A stretch of 64,000 bases of DNA, taken from positions 12,919 through 76,918 of the forward strand of contig CAUEMA010000004.1 of NCBI GenBank assembly GCA_959018755.1, given 5' to 3'. Both the position numbers and the translations under genes were made by a program. Below, one piece after another: positions 21,003 to 31,535 of this stretch (positions are counted from its first letter, which is position 1; every line of letters starts with the position of its first letter). Source of the DNA: an uncultured Collinsella sp. (GTDB lineage: Bacteria; Actinomycetota; Coriobacteriia; Coriobacteriales; Coriobacteriaceae). The notes below the pieces were generated by a model. The model ran no database searches. It was not told where the DNA came from and saw nothing but the letters and a program-made list of their open reading frames with translations.

Positions 21003-21536
21003 ATGAACATCACCGTGTACCTGGGTGCCAACACTGGCAATGACCCGGCATTTCTGCCCGCGGTACAGGAGCTGGGCAACTGGATTGGCGCCAACGGACA
21101 CGCGCTGGTATACGGCGGGTCCAAATCGGGCCTGATGGGCGCGCTCGCCGATAGCGTGCTCGATGCCGGCGGACACGTGACGGGTGTTGAGCCGAGCTTT
21201 TTTATCGAGGCCGAGTTTCAACATGACGGCATCGACGACCTTATCGTGACGAGCGATATGGCCGAGCGCAAAGCCAAGATGATTGAGCTCGGCGATGTGT
21301 TCATCGCCTTTCCCGGCGGGACGGGCACGCTCGAGGAGATTGCCGAGGTCATGTCCGCTGTGTCGTTGGGGCACCTGAGTGCTCCGTGCATCCTGTATAA
21401 CCTGGACGGTTACTACAACGACCTCAAGGCGCTGCTCGGGCACATGATTGATAAGGGCCTATCGAGCCCGCAGCGCCAGCAAGGTATCTACTTTGCCGAC
21501 GATTTGCGCGAGATTGCCTCGATTATCAACGGATAA
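21003..21536 (+). CDS. LOG-family (TIGR00730) nucleotide phosphoribohydrolase
   Basis: LVYGG, GLMG, ERK, PGGTGTLEE. Confidence 0.9.
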   Translation: MNITVYLGANTGNDPAFLPAVQELGNWIGANGHALVYGGSKSGLMGALADSVLDAGGHVTGVEPSFFIEAEFQHDGIDDLIVTSDMAERKAKMIELGDVFIAFPGGTGTLEEIAEVMSAVSLGHLSAPCILYNLDGYYNDLKALLGHMIDKGLSSPQRQQGIYFADDLREIASIING

Positions 21537-21661
21537 GTCTTGAGCTTGCCCCACTATGGCTCCCAATGGTGCCGTTCGCGGCGCAGACGGTTGGCTCGTT
21601 CGGGCAACGCTCACTCTACAATAAAACGTAACTATGTCGACTTTGACCGCGGGAGGACCCG

Positions 21662-22951
21662 ATGGATAACCTTGCCAAACCCAAAAACCGCGCGCTGTTT
21701 TTACTTAGCGTTGCCGTGACCGGTGCGTTCGCAGGTGCCGCGGTCTGGCTGTTCTTTTTTGCGATGGAGCACGGTATCGACTATCTATGGACCGAGATTC
21801 CGCACGCGCTGGGCGTCTCTTCGCCCGAGCTTGCCAGCGGCCCGTTTGGCTTTTTGCCGTACCCGTTTTTTGTCTGCCTGCTGGGCGGCCTGTTAATCGG
21901 TCTGTACGAAAAGATGACAGGCACCAAGACCGATGACCTCAACCAGGTGATGGCTAAGGTTAAGCAAGACGGGCGCTACCCGTACGACAACCTGGGCAAG
22001 CTTTCGCTCGCGGCATTGCTGCCGCTGCTGTTTGGCGGAAGCATTGGACCGGAGGCCGGCCTGACCGGCGTTATCGCGGGTCTGTGCAGCTGGGTCGGCG
22101 ACCGTATGCGTCGCTTTGGCGCCGAGTTTAGGGAGCTCACGCTGCTGGGTACCCAGGCTGCCCTGACGGCGCTCTTTACTGCGCCCGTCTTTGGCTTTGT
22201 GGCGCCGCTTGCCGGTAGTGCCGACGGCGACGAGGGCTCCGCGTCCGGCGAGATCACCATCAAGCTGCCCAAGGCGCAAAAGACGGTGGTCTACGGTATT
22301 GCGATTGCCGGCGGTCTGGGTGCCTACCTGCTGCTTGGCCAGCTTGTGGGCGGCGGCATGGGCATGCCCAGGTTCGAGTCCGCCGAGGTGGGCAACCTAG
22401 AGCTTACCTGGCTCGTCCCTCTGTCGTTGATCGGAACAATCTGCGGCTGGCTGTACTTTGTCTCTGAGCACGCGAGCGAAGCGCTTGCCCATGCAATAGG
22501 GGAGCGTCCTGTCGTCAAGGCCATGCTAGCCGGTCTGGCGCTCGCCATCTGCGGCACGGTCCTGCCCTACACCATGTTTGCCGGCGAGACCCAGGCCGAC
22601 GTGCTCATGGAAACCTACTTGACCATTCCCGCCGGCGTGCTTATCGCGACCGGTCTGGTCAAGGCCATGCTGACCCCCGCCCTCATCAACCTTGGTTGGC
22701 GCGGCGGTCACTTCTTCCCGGTTATCTTCTCGGGCGTAAGCCTGGGCTACGGACTGGCCATCCTCACCGGCGCCGATCCGGTCTTTTGCGTCGCCGTCTG
22801 CACGGCATCGACGATGGGTGCGGTCATGCGTCAGCCGGTCATGGTCGTGGGCCTGCTGCTCATGTGCTTCCCGCTCAAGGGTATCGTCTGCATGATCATC
22901 GCCGCCGTTATCGCCGCCGGCATTCCGCTGCCCAAGCCGCTGCGCAAGTAG
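21662..22951 (+). CDS. ClC-family chloride channel/transporter
   Basis: GGSIGPEAG and GWRGGHFFP motifs; multi-TM. Confidence 0.85.
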   Translation: MDNLAKPKNRALFLLSVAVTGAFAGAAVWLFFFAMEHGIDYLWTEIPHALGVSSPELASGPFGFLPYPFFVCLLGGLLIGLYEKMTGTKTDDLNQVMAKVKQDGRYPYDNLGKLSLAALLPLLFGGSIGPEAGLTGVIAGLCSWVGDRMRRFGAEFRELTLLGTQAALTALFTAPVFGFVAPLAGSADGDEGSASGEITIKLPKAQKTVVYGIAIAGGLGAYLLLGQLVGGGMGMPRFESAEVGNLELTWLVPLSLIGTICGWLYFVSEHASEALAHAIGERPVVKAMLAGLALAICGTVLPYTMFAGETQADVLMETYLTIPAGVLIATGLVKAMLTPALINLGWRGGHFFPVIFSGVSLGYGLAILTGADPVFCVAVCTASTMGAVMRQPVMVVGLLLMCFPLKGIVCMIIAAVIAAGIPLPKPLRK

Positions 22952-22988
22952 CACGGTTAATCGCGAGTCAACTCCAGAGGGGCACGAG

Positions 22989-23780
22989 ATGATCCTGTAC
23001 TTTAGCGCGACAGGGAACAGCGAGCATGTGGCGCGTCGCATTGCAGCGGCGACAAGCGACAAAGTTATGTCGATTGAGCGCTTTGATGCCGAAGCCCTTC
23101 GCCTTGTTGCGACGGAAGGCCCCTGCCAGCTGGGATTTGTTGCTCCGGTGTATGCCTGGGGTCTGCCGACACCGATGATCGAGTTTTTGAAGACTGTCGA
23201 CCTATCGGTTGCTGCCGGCACAAAGGGCGGCGAGCGCCCCTATACGTTCTATGTCTCGACATATGGTTCGACGACCGGGCAATCGGCCAAGTTCGCCCGC
23301 GATCTGCTACACGAGCGTGGGCTCGAGTTAGATGCGGCGATGAGCGTCAAGATGCCCGATACCTGGACGCCTGTTTTCGACCTGTCTGACCCTCAAAAGG
23401 TTGAGGGTATCAATAGAGCTGCCGAGGCGCAGATTGATGCCGTGATCGAGGCGGTGCGGGCACGCCGCACGGGCAACATGATGCGCCATCGCGTGCCCCT
23501 GTTTGCATCGTGCGCGTATCATGCGTTTGGGCTGCCGCGTATGCAGCAGACGAGCAAGTTTGCCGTCGATGCTAGCCGCTGCGTCGGGTGTAGCCTCTGC
23601 GCTAAGCGCTGCCCCATGGCGGCGATTGAGATGCGCGACGGCCTTCCCGTCTGGACAAAGCCGGAGTGCGCAGCCTGCCTTCGTTGCCTGCACTGTTGTC
23701 CCAAATTTGCCATCTCGCACGGTAAGCGCACAGCATCCCACGGTCAGTACAGGCATCCTAAGCCAGGTGTGAGGATGTAG
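22989..23780 (+). CDS. EFR1-type flavodoxin-ferredoxin protein
   Basis: YFSATGNS flavodoxin start; CVGCSLCAKRCP and CAACLRCLHCCP. Confidence 0.9.
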   Translation: MILYFSATGNSEHVARRIAAATSDKVMSIERFDAEALRLVATEGPCQLGFVAPVYAWGLPTPMIEFLKTVDLSVAAGTKGGERPYTFYVSTYGSTTGQSAKFARDLLHERGLELDAAMSVKMPDTWTPVFDLSDPQKVEGINRAAEAQIDAVIEAVRARRTGNMMRHRVPLFASCAYHAFGLPRMQQTSKFAVDASRCVGCSLCAKRCPMAAIEMRDGLPVWTKPECAACLRCLHCCPKFAISHGKRTASHGQYRHPKPGVRM

Positions 23781-23792
23781 CTGCTGGCCGCG

Positions 23793-24668
23793 CTACTTCC
23801 AAACTGCGAGCGCGGCGGTGCCCAGTACGATGAGGGCGAGACCGATGGCGCTGCGCCGTGAGAGTTTTTCGTTGAATGCCAAGCGCGCAAATAGTACCGA
23901 TACGACAATCGATAGTTTGTCGATCTGCACCACGACGCTCACCTGGCCTGTGGCGATGGCGTAGTAGCATAGCAGCCACGATGCGCCAGTCGCAATGCCC
24001 GATGTCGCGAGAAATACGAGTTCGTAGCGGTCTACGTGCACGGCTTGGCCCATCTTGCCTTTAGCTGCCACGATTGCCCATGCCATAACCAGTACCACAC
24101 AGGTACGGATTGCCGTGGCCAGGTTGGATTCGACGCCTTCGATGCCAGCCTTGGCAAGGATGGACGTGAGCGCCGCGAACACGGCGGCGCCGAGGGCGTA
24201 AGCGAGCCAGGTCCGGTCTTGCTGCTGCTCGGGTCCGGCAGGCTGCTTCTTCTCGATCATTAAAAACGTGCCGAGGGTGATGACAGCGGTTCCCACGAGC
24301 TTAACCGCAAGGTTGCTCGTCTCGCCAAAAAGTACGATGGCGATCAGTGCGGCGAGTACGGTGCTCATCTTGTCGACCGGTACGACCTTATTGACGTCTC
24401 CGATGCCCAACGCCTTAAAGTAACAGATCCACGAAGCACCGGTAGCGAGTCCCGAGAGGACGAGAAAGAGCCAGGATCTGGGTTCGATGCTGCCGATGGT
24501 TCCAATGGATCCAGAAATGCCCGCCATTGCCCAGGCGAAAACGAGCACCACGCAGGTGCGAATGGCCGTCGCGACATCGGAGTCGGTCTGCTTGATGCCG
24601 CATTTGGCCAAGATGGATGTGATGCCGGCAAAGAGTGCTGACGCAAATGCTGCGACGACCCACGACAC
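23793..24668 (-). CDS. EamA/DMT transporter
   Basis: Two internally repeated halves (TSILAK.G...ATAIRTCVVLV...ATGASW). Confidence 0.9.
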   Translation of the reverse strand: MSWVVAAFASALFAGITSILAKCGIKQTDSDVATAIRTCVVLVFAWAMAGISGSIGTIGSIEPRSWLFLVLSGLATGASWICYFKALGIGDVNKVVPVDKMSTVLAALIAIVLFGETSNLAVKLVGTAVITLGTFLMIEKKQPAGPEQQQDRTWLAYALGAAVFAALTSILAKAGIEGVESNLATAIRTCVVLVMAWAIVAAKGKMGQAVHVDRYELVFLATSGIATGASWLLCYYAIATGQVSVVVQIDKLSIVVSVLFARLAFNEKLSRRSAIGLALIVLGTAALAVWK

Positions 24669-24804
24669 GGGCGAAATGCCTCCCCAAGAACGACCGCGCC
24701 AGATTTACGGCGTGCGTCCGATGATACCGTCCCGCCATGAAGCTTTGATATCGCTGTGGTGAGACAGGGACCATAGTTCGAGAGGGCATTTGGTTAAGGC
24801 TCGA

Positions 24805-24989
24805 ATCGAAGGTGAATGGTTTTCCGCGAAGTGAACGAGTAAATCTGGACCCCTGGAACATGCACACTTTTTTCGAACAAAACTGCAGGATTCTTAGACA
24901 AAACCGCAGGAATTGAGTCCTTAAAAATGTCGATGCTACAGGGCGCTGTTTTTACTCGTTCACTTCTCGGAAAAGTATTCACCTTCGAT
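24805..24989. mobile_element. MITE-like 185-bp element, copy 2
   Basis: 39-bp terminal inverted repeats with 3 mismatches; core repeats inverted relative to copy 1. Confidence 0.65.
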
Positions 24990-25116
24990 ATGCTGACGGT
25001 GTCTTTTTGGTTGCCAAGAACTAGACGGCCTGCTGTGGGGGGCGGTGGTGACGCTATGCCGCCTTGTTTCATTGAAAAAATAAGCGGGGTACCACCTAGG
25101 CTTTTTTAGCTGTCGA

Positions 25117-25815
25117 TTACAGGTCGCGTGTTCGATAAACCTTGGTGCTGACGGTGTAGCTGATTGCACATAGCGCGAGGGCAAGTGCGGTGATGCCTGC
25201 ACACAGACAGCCAAGGACGGCGGGATCGGGATTCGTTCCGGCAATCGACATGAGCCAGTTGCTGATGGGGTTGGAGGAGCTCAACGTGGCAATGGCAAGG
25301 CACCAGAGCAGGGCAAACAGGCCGACGGATAGGCGCAGCGCCTCCATGTGTCCAAATCGGAAGAACAGCGGCTGTGCCAAAAACACCATCATGAGGGAGA
25401 TGAGCATCGATGCTGCCGAGGCTATAGCGATCTCAAAGACGGTTTGTCCTGTCGAAGGAATGCCCGTGCCGTTGAAGAGCGGGATGGCGACGATACTCAA
25501 AAGCGTAGCTGCACATGCCATGACGGCGGAGAAGACAATAACGCTCAGGTAGCGTGCGCAGATGATGTCTTTGCGCGAGAAGGGCAGCGTTGCCCGGTAG
25601 CGCTCCCAACCGTTTTGATTGTCGAAACCAGCCAGTGAGTTCATGACCATGATAGGCGACATGGCACTGACCGCGCAGGCGCCAGCACTCATGCCAGAGT
25701 CACCGTCCGATGCGTTGGCGAGGGTCAACACGACGAAGATGAACAAGCCGACGCCCGCAATGCTCGGGATAAGCGAGCGAGCGATGGCGAGCTCGGACAT
25801 AAAGGCGCGTTTCAT
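25117..25815 (-). CDS. ABC-2 transporter permease
   Basis: About 6 TM; WERYRATLPFSRKDIICARY motif; overlaps the ATPase stop. Confidence 0.85.
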   Translation of the reverse strand: MKRAFMSELAIARSLIPSIAGVGLFIFVVLTLANASDGDSGMSAGACAVSAMSPIMVMNSLAGFDNQNGWERYRATLPFSRKDIICARYLSVIVFSAVMACAATLLSIVAIPLFNGTGIPSTGQTVFEIAIASAASMLISLMMVFLAQPLFFRFGHMEALRLSVGLFALLWCLAIATLSSSNPISNWLMSIAGTNPDPAVLGCLCAGITALALALCAISYTVSTKVYRTRDL

Positions 25816-26693
25816 TTCGAAGCTCCTTTCAGCATGAGGCGAAGATAGTCATCAATGGTTGCCCGATCGCAGGGAATCTCGGGGAAGGCCTCGAGCGTAT
25901 CGCGACGGTTGGGCACGAGCACGTCCACGCTGTAGGCATGGCGGGCGGCACGGGCGCCTTCGACGCAAGCCATAAGCTCGGCGGCCTGTGCTTGGGTACA
26001 GTGGGCGATGCCAGCGCGGTCGGTAATATCCTCGCGCGGCAGGTCAAAAATAATCGAGCCATTATCGATGCAGATGACGCGATCAGCGGCGCGATCGAGG
26101 TCGGATGTAATGTGGCTCGAGAGCAGCACGCTGTGCTGGCCGTCGGCGACAAAGGCAAGCAGCTCATCAAGCAGCTCCTCGCGTGCCATGGGATCGAGGC
26201 CCGCGGTGGCTTCGTCCAAAACGAGCAGTTTGGCCTTGTGGCTGAGCGCGCAGGCAAGCTGCAGCTTCATGCCCATGCCGCGGGAGAGGTCCTTGACCTT
26301 TGCCTTGGGATCGAGGCCAAATCGGTCGATGAGGCTGGAGAAGGTGTCGTGGCTCCAGGTGGGGTATGCCGGGCTTACGAGTGCCTCAACTTCGGTCACC
26401 TTGAGTGTGGAAGGGAAGGGGCATGTGTCCAGCACGAGGCCGACACGAGTGCGCAGGCAACGCTGCGTTTCATCGGGCGCGTCGGCGCCACAGTGCTGCC
26501 CAAACAGGTGCACTTCGCCGGCATCGAGCTTTACAAGCCCGAGAGCAGCTCGAATCGTCGTTGTTTTGCCGGCACCGTTGGCACCAACAAAGCCGACGAT
26601 CTGGCCAGGCTCCACGGCAAGCGTGACATCACGCAGCGAAAAACGGTTGCTCACACGGCGTGAGATGCCTTTGAGTTCTAGCAAGTTCTGCAT
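25812..26693 (-). CDS. ABC transporter ATP-binding protein
   Basis: GANGAGKT, LSRGM, LDEAT, SSH; AGAAAGG RBS before ATG 26693. Confidence 0.9.
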   Translation of the reverse strand: MQNLLELKGISRRVSNRFSLRDVTLAVEPGQIVGFVGANGAGKTTTIRAALGLVKLDAGEVHLFGQHCGADAPDETQRCLRTRVGLVLDTCPFPSTLKVTEVEALVSPAYPTWSHDTFSSLIDRFGLDPKAKVKDLSRGMGMKLQLACALSHKAKLLVLDEATAGLDPMAREELLDELLAFVADGQHSVLLSSHITSDLDRAADRVICIDNGSIIFDLPREDITDRAGIAHCTQAQAAELMACVEGARAARHAYSVDVLVPNRRDTLEAFPEIPCDRATIDDYLRLMLKGASK

Positions 26694-26716
26694 GGTATAG
26701 CCTTTCTTGCAGATGG

Positions 26717-27097
26717 CTACTGCATGGTTTCGGGGGCTACCAGGTCGAGCGTCTCGTGCAGCTTGTCGCGTGTGACGCCCAGGGTTTCGGCTTGGCTTGC
26801 CGCTTTCGCAAGTAGCTCTTCGATATGGCAGAGCTGGTTTTCGCGCAAGAGCTCCTGGTTGCCCTCGGCGACAAAACAGCCCTTGCCCTGCACGGTGCAG
26901 ATAAAACCGAGCTGCTCCAGGTCGGCGTAGGCGCGCTTGGTGGTGATGACGCTCACGCCAAGGTCGCTCGCGAGTGCACGGATGCTGGGGAGTTTGGCTC
27001 CCGCAGCGAGCGTTCCCGAAAGGATCTGGGCTTTGACCTGCGAGGTTATCTGCTCGTAGATGGGCTTGTCGCTCGAATTGGATAGGATGATGTCCAC
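26717..27097 (-). CDS. GntR-family regulator (YtrA subfamily)
   Basis: PIYEQI...LPSIRALA..LGVSVITTKRAY..LE..G; short C-terminus; heads an ABC operon. Confidence 0.95.
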   Translation of the reverse strand: MDIILSNSSDKPIYEQITSQVKAQILSGTLAAGAKLPSIRALASDLGVSVITTKRAYADLEQLGFICTVQGKGCFVAEGNQELLRENQLCHIEELLAKAASQAETLGVTRDKLHETLDLVAPETMQ

Positions 27098-27124
27098 AGC
27101 GGCTCCTTAGCTGATGGGCTACAC

Positions 27125-27158
27125 GTGTATATAACCGGTAAGCACAGTATATATACAC
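27125..27158 (-). promoter_or_regulatory. Probable YtrA-type operator
   Basis: GTGTATATA-N16-TATATACAC inverted repeat directly upstream of the GntR gene. Confidence 0.65.
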
Positions 27159-27208
27159 TATGCACAGTTATGCAAGAGGCAAATAGGGATTGTCCGCTCG
27201 TTCATTCA

Positions 27209-27347
27209 TCTCAATCTGTAACATCTGGAGAAGATTTTGGCTGCTAGATGTTACAGATTTAGATCTTTCTGGGACGTCCACCTGTTTGTCTAAATCTGTA
27301 ACAGGAAGAGGTTCAAAAACCGTCTAGATGTTACAGATCGAGACAAA
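27209..27347. repeat. Double-hairpin repeat (four ATCTGTAACA units in alternating orientation)
   Basis: Arms at 27209-27226, 27246-27263, 27285-27303 and 27326-27347. Confidence 0.8.
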
Positions 27348-27488
27348 CTGCTGCGGAGTGTCGCCATCGACTGCTACCCTAGGCCCCAACTGATGAATTT
27401 GTCCTGATAGGTGCCCTATGCCGAGATTTCGCGGCTACAATAGTACGGTTACATCGACGTAATGCACTTAATGCAAGAAAGGATCCGC

Positions 27489-29102
<1,614 letters not shown>

Positions 29103-29144
29103 CGCATCGGCGTGGTGGCCCTGCGGGGCTGCCGCGCCGCTTGC

Positions 29145-29173
29145 TTGCCTGATGCCGTGTGAGCGGCTATCAT
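29145..29173 (+). promoter_or_regulatory. Sigma70-type promoter of the VUT-SDR operon
   Basis: TTGCCT-17 bp-TATCAT. Confidence 0.55.
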
Positions 29174-29202
29174 ACCCACCGTCGTCTCAAGACCGGGGCG
29201 TC

Positions 29203-29252
29203 CGAGCAGTTCGGGTCCGATATCCTGCTCGTTAAACCTAAAACCAAAGGAG
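29203..29252 (+). ncRNA. Candidate preQ1 class I riboswitch
   Basis: 7-bp stem CGAGCAG/CTGCTCG, loop TTCG...ATC, and A-rich tail TTAAACCTAAAA running into the AAGGAG RBS of a VUT transporter gene. Confidence 0.6.
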
Positions 29253-29258
29253 TACATA

Positions 29259-29981
29259 ATGATCAAGAAGGTCATGGAGGACTACAAGGTCCTGTTGCGG
29301 AGCATTCCCGCGGCAACGGTTTCGCTGTTTTTCGTGAGCGTCATCATGATGAACCTGCTGGCCAACAAAGAGCTTATCAGCCTGCCGTATCTGGCACTCG
29401 ACTGCGGCTTTGTGGTGAGCTGGGTCTCGTTTTTGTGCCAGGATATGATCTGCAAGCGCTTTGGCGCCAAGGCATCCATCAAAATCTCTATCCTCGCGCT
29501 GCTGGTCAACCTTGCCGTGAGCCTGTGCTTTTGGGCATGCTCGCTCACGCCCGGCATGTGGGGTGCTTACTACGACACGGGTATGATCGAGGTCAACACT
29601 GCCCTTAACGCCACCATCGGCGGCACCTGGTACGTGGTGCTGGGCTCTTCGCTGGCAATGCTCGTTTCTGCCGTGGTTAACTCCACGCTCAACCAGTCGC
29701 TCGGCCGTATGCTCAAAAAGAATAACTTTGCGAGCTTCGCCTTCCGCTCCTATGTGTCCACAGGTGTTGGCCAGTTTATCGACAACCTGGTCTTTGCCAT
29801 TGTGGTGAGCCACACGTTCTTTGGTTGGACCTGGGTGCAAGTCCTTATGTGCTCGCTGACCGGCGCTGTCGCCGAGCTGCTGTGCGAGGTCTTCCTGAGC
29901 CCCGTGGGCTACAAGGTCGTGCGCGGCTGGGAGCGCGAGAATGTGGGCTCCGAGTACCTCGAGCGCCACGCAACCGCCTAA
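29259..29981 (+). CDS. VUT/YhhQ-family queuosine-precursor transporter
   Basis: MNLLANK, FLCQDMICKRFG, RSYVSTGVGQFIDNLVF match the Vut_1 pattern; multi-TM. Confidence 0.85.
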   Translation: MIKKVMEDYKVLLRSIPAATVSLFFVSVIMMNLLANKELISLPYLALDCGFVVSWVSFLCQDMICKRFGAKASIKISILALLVNLAVSLCFWACSLTPGMWGAYYDTGMIEVNTALNATIGGTWYVVLGSSLAMLVSAVVNSTLNQSLGRMLKKNNFASFAFRSYVSTGVGQFIDNLVFAIVVSHTFFGWTWVQVLMCSLTGAVAELLCEVFLSPVGYKVVRGWERENVGSEYLERHATA

Positions 29982-29990
29982 GGAGCAAGT

Positions 29991-30671
29991 ATGCGGGTTT
30001 TGATCACGGGCGCTTCGGGCGGTATCGGAGCCGCGTGCGTGCAGCGCTTTTTGGACGAGGGCCACGAGGTCGTGGGCTTTGATCTTTTGCCGGCGGCGAT
30101 CGAACACGAGCGCTACCGTCATCTGATCGTTGATGTCCGCGAGCCGGACTCGTTTCCAGGCGACCTTGAACCCCAGGTAATCGTGAACGTTGCCGGTACG
30201 CAGGATTCGGCCGACGACATCGCCGCTAACCTGTGTGGCACCATCAATGTGACCGAGCGCTACGCCTTTGTGGGGGAGGGGCTTGCCGCCAAGCCGGCGC
30301 CGGCTATCAAATCCGTGGTCAATGTGGGGTCGGCGAGCGGACATACGGGATCGGAGTTTCCCGCCTATGCCGCCAGCAAGGGCGGCGTTATCGCCTACAC
30401 CAAGAACCTTGCAAACCGCCTGGCACCGCAGGCCATCGCCAACAGTGTGGACCCGGGCGGCGTTATCACGCCGCTCAACCGTTGCGTGATGGAAGACGAG
30501 CACCTGTGGAACCAGATTATGGAGCTCACGCCGCTTAAACGCTGGGCCACCGCCCAAGAGATCGCCGAGTGGATCTACTTTGTGGGCGTGACCAACCGGT
30601 TTATGACCGGGCAGAGCCTGCTGATCGATGGCGGCGAGGCCGGCCGCACGCAATTTATTTGGCCCGAGTAG
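29991..30671 (+). CDS. Classical SDR oxidoreductase
   Basis: TGASGGIG, NVAG, VGS, YAASK, PG; starts 9 nt after the VUT stop with an AAGGAG RBS. Confidence 0.92.
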   Translation: MRVLITGASGGIGAACVQRFLDEGHEVVGFDLLPAAIEHERYRHLIVDVREPDSFPGDLEPQVIVNVAGTQDSADDIAANLCGTINVTERYAFVGEGLAAKPAPAIKSVVNVGSASGHTGSEFPAYAASKGGVIAYTKNLANRLAPQAIANSVDPGGVITPLNRCVMEDEHLWNQIMELTPLKRWATAQEIAEWIYFVGVTNRFMTGQSLLIDGGEAGRTQFIWPE

Positions 30672-30672
30672 G

Positions 30673-30708
30673 AAACGCGCCCGATGGAAAGCCGTCGGGC
30701 GCGTTTTT
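30673..30708 (+). terminator. Intrinsic terminator after the SDR gene
   Basis: aaacgcgcccgatgg/ccgtcgggcgcgttttt. Confidence 0.8.
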
Positions 30709-30721
30709 GATGCATCGATTT

Positions 30722-31447
30722 TTAGCCGAGGCAAGTCCAGTTGACGGGGGTCGAGCCGTGCTGTTCGAGTAGCCAATTGGCAGCGGAGAAGGGGCGCGAC
30801 CCCATAAAAGCGGGGAGTTCTGCCGTGGCACGGTTGGCCGAAAGCGGCGAGGGGTGTGTAGAGGCCAGGCAGAACTTGTCGGTTGCCTTGCCCGCGCCAG
30901 TTGCGACGAGCTTGCCTTCGACCATCTGTTGGGCAAAGCGGCCCCATGCCAAAAAGACTACCGGTTGGGGCAGCTGGCAGCAGCGTTCGATAACGTAGTC
31001 GGTGAGCGTGCTCCAGCCCAGTTTGGCGTGCGAGTTCGCGGCATGCTCGCGCACGGTGAGCGTAGTGTTGAGGAGCAGGACGCCCTGCTGCGCCCATGGC
31101 GTCAGGTCTCCCGTGGCGGGAATGGAGCAACCCAGATCGGCTTTGAGTTCCTTGTAGATGTTGCGCAGGCTCGGCGGCAGCTTGGTTTGCGTCGCGGGGA
31201 CCGAGAACGACAGCCCCATGGCCTGGTTGGGTCCGTGATAGGGGTCTTGACCCAAGATGACAACCTTGACCTGGTCGGCCGGCGTGTAGGCGAGGGCATT
31301 GAGGATGTCGTCTTGTGCCGGGTAGATGGTCTGCTCGGCACGCAAAAGGGCGATGCGCTCGAGCAGCTGGTTCGTAGTGTCACGTACCGGCTGCGGCGCA
31401 TCGCCCAACCAAGTTGCTATGTTGCGGTCGCGGGTTGCGGTGTCCAT
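30722..31447 (-). CDS. ung: Uracil-DNA glycosylase
   Basis: GQDPYH, GLSFSV, GVLLLN, HPSPLS. Confidence 0.97.
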   Translation of the reverse strand: MDTATRDRNIATWLGDAPQPVRDTTNQLLERIALLRAEQTIYPAQDDILNALAYTPADQVKVVILGQDPYHGPNQAMGLSFSVPATQTKLPPSLRNIYKELKADLGCSIPATGDLTPWAQQGVLLLNTTLTVREHAANSHAKLGWSTLTDYVIERCCQLPQPVVFLAWGRFAQQMVEGKLVATGAGKATDKFCLASTHPSPLSANRATAELPAFMGSRPFSAANWLLEQHGSTPVNWTCLG

Positions 31448-31535
31448 GGGGCTCCTTTATGGCAGATGCTCTGTTGGCATCTATTGTAAAGGCGCACCGG
31501 TTGCCTTTATGCCACGGCTGTATGAAGAGTGGGGT

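Noticed and set aside
25812..27158. 448-aa ABC ATPase with a long N-extension
   Set aside because: The extension overlaps the GntR gene in another frame; a good RBS precedes ATG 26693.
29238..31130. Long antisense ORFs (630 aa here; also 27468-29057, 58475-60025, 60159-61469 and others)
   Set aside because: These are shadow frames of well-supported genes in GC-rich DNA, with no RBS or recognisable motifs.
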